Assembly (NCBI GenBank): GCA_051294375.1 | Contig: CM119270.1 | Location: forward strand, 20,005,160 to 20,069,159 | Origin: Paraspadella gotoi | Lineage: Eukaryota; Animalia; Chaetognatha | Length of the DNA stretch: 64,000 nt | Direction: 5' to 3' | Shown here: positions 60,749 to 64,000 of the stretch, piece by piece | How the letters are laid out: each line of letters opens with the position of its first letter | Numbering within the stretch: the stretch's first letter is position 1 | Notes under the pieces: generated by a model | What the model was told of the DNA's origin: nothing | The model's database searches: none | Seen by the model: the letters and a program-made list of their open reading frames with translations, nothing else | Made by a program: the position numbers and the translations under genes

Positions 60749-61504
60749 TTTTATTATTGTAGAATTCGATTGTTTTTTTATTAATGATCGTTTGTTTCGT
60801 TTTTTTTTTGTTGGATTTTATGCGAATTTTTAAATAAAAAAAACTTATTAAGATTATTTTAGCCTTTTCTTCTTTCCATCTAAATTTGTAAACTTAATTT
60901 AAAATTCAACTCTCTAAAGCAAATTCAAATCGGACAATCGATCTTACTATGGTTTTAGATAGCAAATATCTATCCAGGCCTTTGTAAAGAAATCACAATT
61001 CTAGTTGTACTGCAACTTTCGTAGATTAGAAACAAATCTGAACAAAACAGCTTTTTAAATGCTTAATTAATTGTAATTAAATGTAATTAAATGCTATTAT
61101 AAAACATTTCTGCTTTGTAATTAAAAAATATAGCCGACTAACCAAAGTTAAACAGAAAAAAGTTAAAAAGAAAAAGTTTATTTTAAAAAATATATAAAAA
61201 ATATTTTCATTATATTCTAATGACAACAATATAAAAAAATTTGAAAAAATCTTGCATCCTTTAAATTTATTAAAAAAATTAATGTTTTTTAAAAAAAAAA
61301 TTAACGATTTAGTTGGAACATAAAAAGTAACAAAACTTGGTAACTAAAATAATGCGTTAAACTTTAAAAATAAAATTTTATCAATTAATTAGGATCTTTT
61401 TACAAATATAATATGATATAATATGATATTGTTCCCTTAAAAAAGTCATAAATCATTTTTTTTTATTTACGTCCATAAAGCGGCGTCAAAAATTCGTAAG
61501 TTCC

Positions 61505-63750
61505 TCACTCCATTCTATCACTGACCCTCCAATACTTTCTCATTCTCTCCGCCCACCCCTCCTCCTCCTCCTCCTGTGATTCTATCACAGCGATGAGAGT
61601 CACGAGACTCACGAATCCGCAGATGATTGTGGCGATGACGAGGCGTTCCGAGCGCCGCGCCGCCGACGCCGCTTCCTCCACGCGACCTGACTCGAAGAGC
61701 TTCTGGGTTTTGCGGGAAGTCAGCTGGGTGAAAGGGTGAGGGTTGGGTGGTGAGAAAAGGGGGTGAGTGGAGGTGCCGGAGAGGCGGGAAAGATCAGGGG
61801 TCAGATAGCTTATTTATTTAATATATGGATAGGGGTAGCCCCACTCAATGGGTCAGTCAAAAATTTAGAATGAGTACATGCTCAAATGAAAATGTATATA
61901 TATTGTATACATTTTAAGTATACTTTCTTATATGGTTCTATACCCAAATAATTATACTTTTAATATTTATTTATAGATGTTTGGAGTACGATCGTAATAC
62001 CCAATGGAAGCCATAACCCACCATAGCTTGTACAAAGTCAGGCTTATGCGATAGCTTATTTGGTGAATGAATGAATATTGAATAAATATTATAATTTTGT
62101 CACCAATTTCATGAACTGCGTCTAAAAATTAAAAAAAATAATACGACAACAGGACAACGACGACAACGACAACGACAACGACGACCCGTTCACCCACCAA
62201 GGCCGGGAGTCCGGTGCAGGGAAAACAAGAGCAGACGAGCGCGGCGAAGATTTGAATGACGATTATGTCCTTGGCCCTGAGGGGGCGGAACCCGCGGCCG
62301 TCGGGATCCGTGAGGGGCGGGGGTGAAAGGGGCGGGGCTGCGTGGGGAGGGGCTGCCTGGGGAGGGGCTGTGACGAGGGATGTGGCGAAGGGGCGAGGGG
62401 AGACGGGAGTGAAGGCGATGGAGGATTCACCGGGAGATGTCACTATGACGAGGGGAATTTCTGGAAAGAAAAAAAAATATTGATTGATGGATCGATACAA
62501 AGATTCATAGATTGATTGATAAATAGATTACGTAATCTATTGATTGACTGAATGCTCACCCGGTTGATTTAACGAAATGCAACAACCGGCAATCTCGTTT
62601 GAAAATGCTTTACTCCGCGACGGACTGGCAGACACTGCGGCCGCCGCCGCCGCCGCCGCCGCCCCCCTTTCTTCCCGGTCAACGCCCACATCCGGTTTTA
62701 TCGAAGATTCGATTCTAAAATTCAAACTGAAAATTAAATTAAAAATGTTTTATCGTTGTTACAACAAATATTTTTTTCCCGAGCTCATTTTTATATTTGT
62801 TAAATTAAAAAGTAAGGGTTAAATTTTGTGCATTCGTCGTCGTACTCGTCCGATTACAGCTTAATTTCACAATAAATTAATTATTTTAACTCAAAATATT
62901 TGGTTATCGGTTATGTTTAGGGTTTTGGTTAAGAATTTGGTTAGAAATTTTGTTAAGAATTATGGTTAGAGATAAAGTATGGTTTAGATATTAGGTTTGG
63001 GGATTAGGTATTATGTAATTGGTAAAAGTTTAACTAGGATTAACTATTTGGCGTAATAGGGGGGGAAGGGTCTGCTTTTCGAAAATTGTCACTGTCACAC
63101 TAATTGTTTTCATCTACATCTCGAAAAAAGACTTCGGGAAATTCACGTCCTCTTCATATTTCTTTTTTTCGTCATTGTCGTCCACATAATCGTCGTCGTC
63201 ATCGTCGTCGTCGTCGTCGTCATCTTTCCTTTTCATTTCCATCGAAGATCGATGACGTCATCACTCACCCATCGACGTCTTCCACGTGGATGGAATCGCA
63301 AGCGTCGTCGTCGTCGTCGTCACGGCGGCCTTCGCTGTTGTTGTTTCTTTTGTAACTGAAACTGTTATTGCTGTCGCCTCTTCTTTTTGTTCTCGAATCC
63401 GTGAGGGAACCGAGTCTATTGTCACAGCCGCCGCCGCCGCCGCCGTCGCCGCCGCCGCCGCCGCAGCCGCAGCCGCCGCCGATTTCAACCTCGCATTCCG
63501 CTCGCGCTCCGACCTCGACCCTTGGCGCGTTTTCTCGGCGCGCGCCGCCAACTCCGCTGCTGCCGCCGGCGCCGCCGCCGTCGCCGCTCTCGACCTCTCG
63601 ACTCTCGACGCGCTGATCATCGAGCGAACTTTGACTCCTTGTTCTTTGGATGTCGCTGTCGTTGTTGTCGTCGTCGTTGTCGTCGTCTTCCTCTGGTAAG
63701 ACTTCGTTTGAAACGAGAACAGATTTGTCTTCCTTTTGTCTTCGATACAT
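61505..63750 (-). CDS. CD225/dispanin-family membrane protein (PRRT/SynDIG/TMEM91-like layout)
   Basis: Exons 63750-63269, 62714-62560, 62460-62198 and 61723-61505 join in phase. A long acidic/Gly/Pro-rich N-terminus precedes KDIIVIQIFAALVCSCFPCTGLPAL|LTSRKTQKLFESGRVEEAASAARRSERLVIATIICGFVSLVTLIAV, the CD225 signature. Confidence 0.8.
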
Positions 63751-64000
63751 TTTTCTTTCTATTATTTTACGACTAATTAATTAATTTGATTTTTTTATTG
63801 ATACATTTTTTTTCCTGATTACCAATTTTACATACGTTAGCTTTATTGTTCCGTAACTTTTTTAAAGTGTTTTTTTTTTTAACGAAATTAAATGATTAAA
63901 TTAATCATTTCACAATATCTTTACCCACTACAATATTTCAATTTGTTTTCTACGCAGTTCGAAGAATTCGTGTGATTTTTTTCCTCACATTTGAATAAAC

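Larger units (their letters stand above)
55396..63978. repeat. copy 2 of the ~9-kb tandem duplication
   Basis: Colinear with 46381-55395; diverges after GAAGAATTCGTGTGATTTT. Confidence 0.92.

Overview
Intron-rich, microsatellite-dense eukaryotic DNA, most likely an invertebrate animal (taxon not determined). The assembly carries many 1-nt indels and three N gaps. Almost all ORFs in the supplied track are microsatellite or antisense artefacts, so I built genes by splicing exons by hand. From left to right: the 3' end of an unidentified + strand gene; a young, internally deleted Ty3/Gypsy (CsRn1-like) LTR retrotransposon inserted in a (TA)n tract; a PINCH/LIMS five-LIM gene; a BTB-C2H2 zinc-finger gene; a TPR-SET gene whose SET catalytic motif is degenerate (NHSC reads NTGS, no post-SET Cys) and which hosts an antisense SLC22-like transporter in one intron; and a convergent CD225/dispanin gene. 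The last ~17.6 kb is a ~9 kb tandem duplication that may be an assembly artefact. The most unusual signals are (1) two loci with back-to-back minimal hammerhead-ribozyme motifs showing stem II covariation, each inside a putative non-autonomous DNA element, (2) a tandem array that multiplies an exon end plus its splice donor, and (3) the apparent pseudo-methyltransferase. Exon boundaries are hand-derived and may be off by a few bases.
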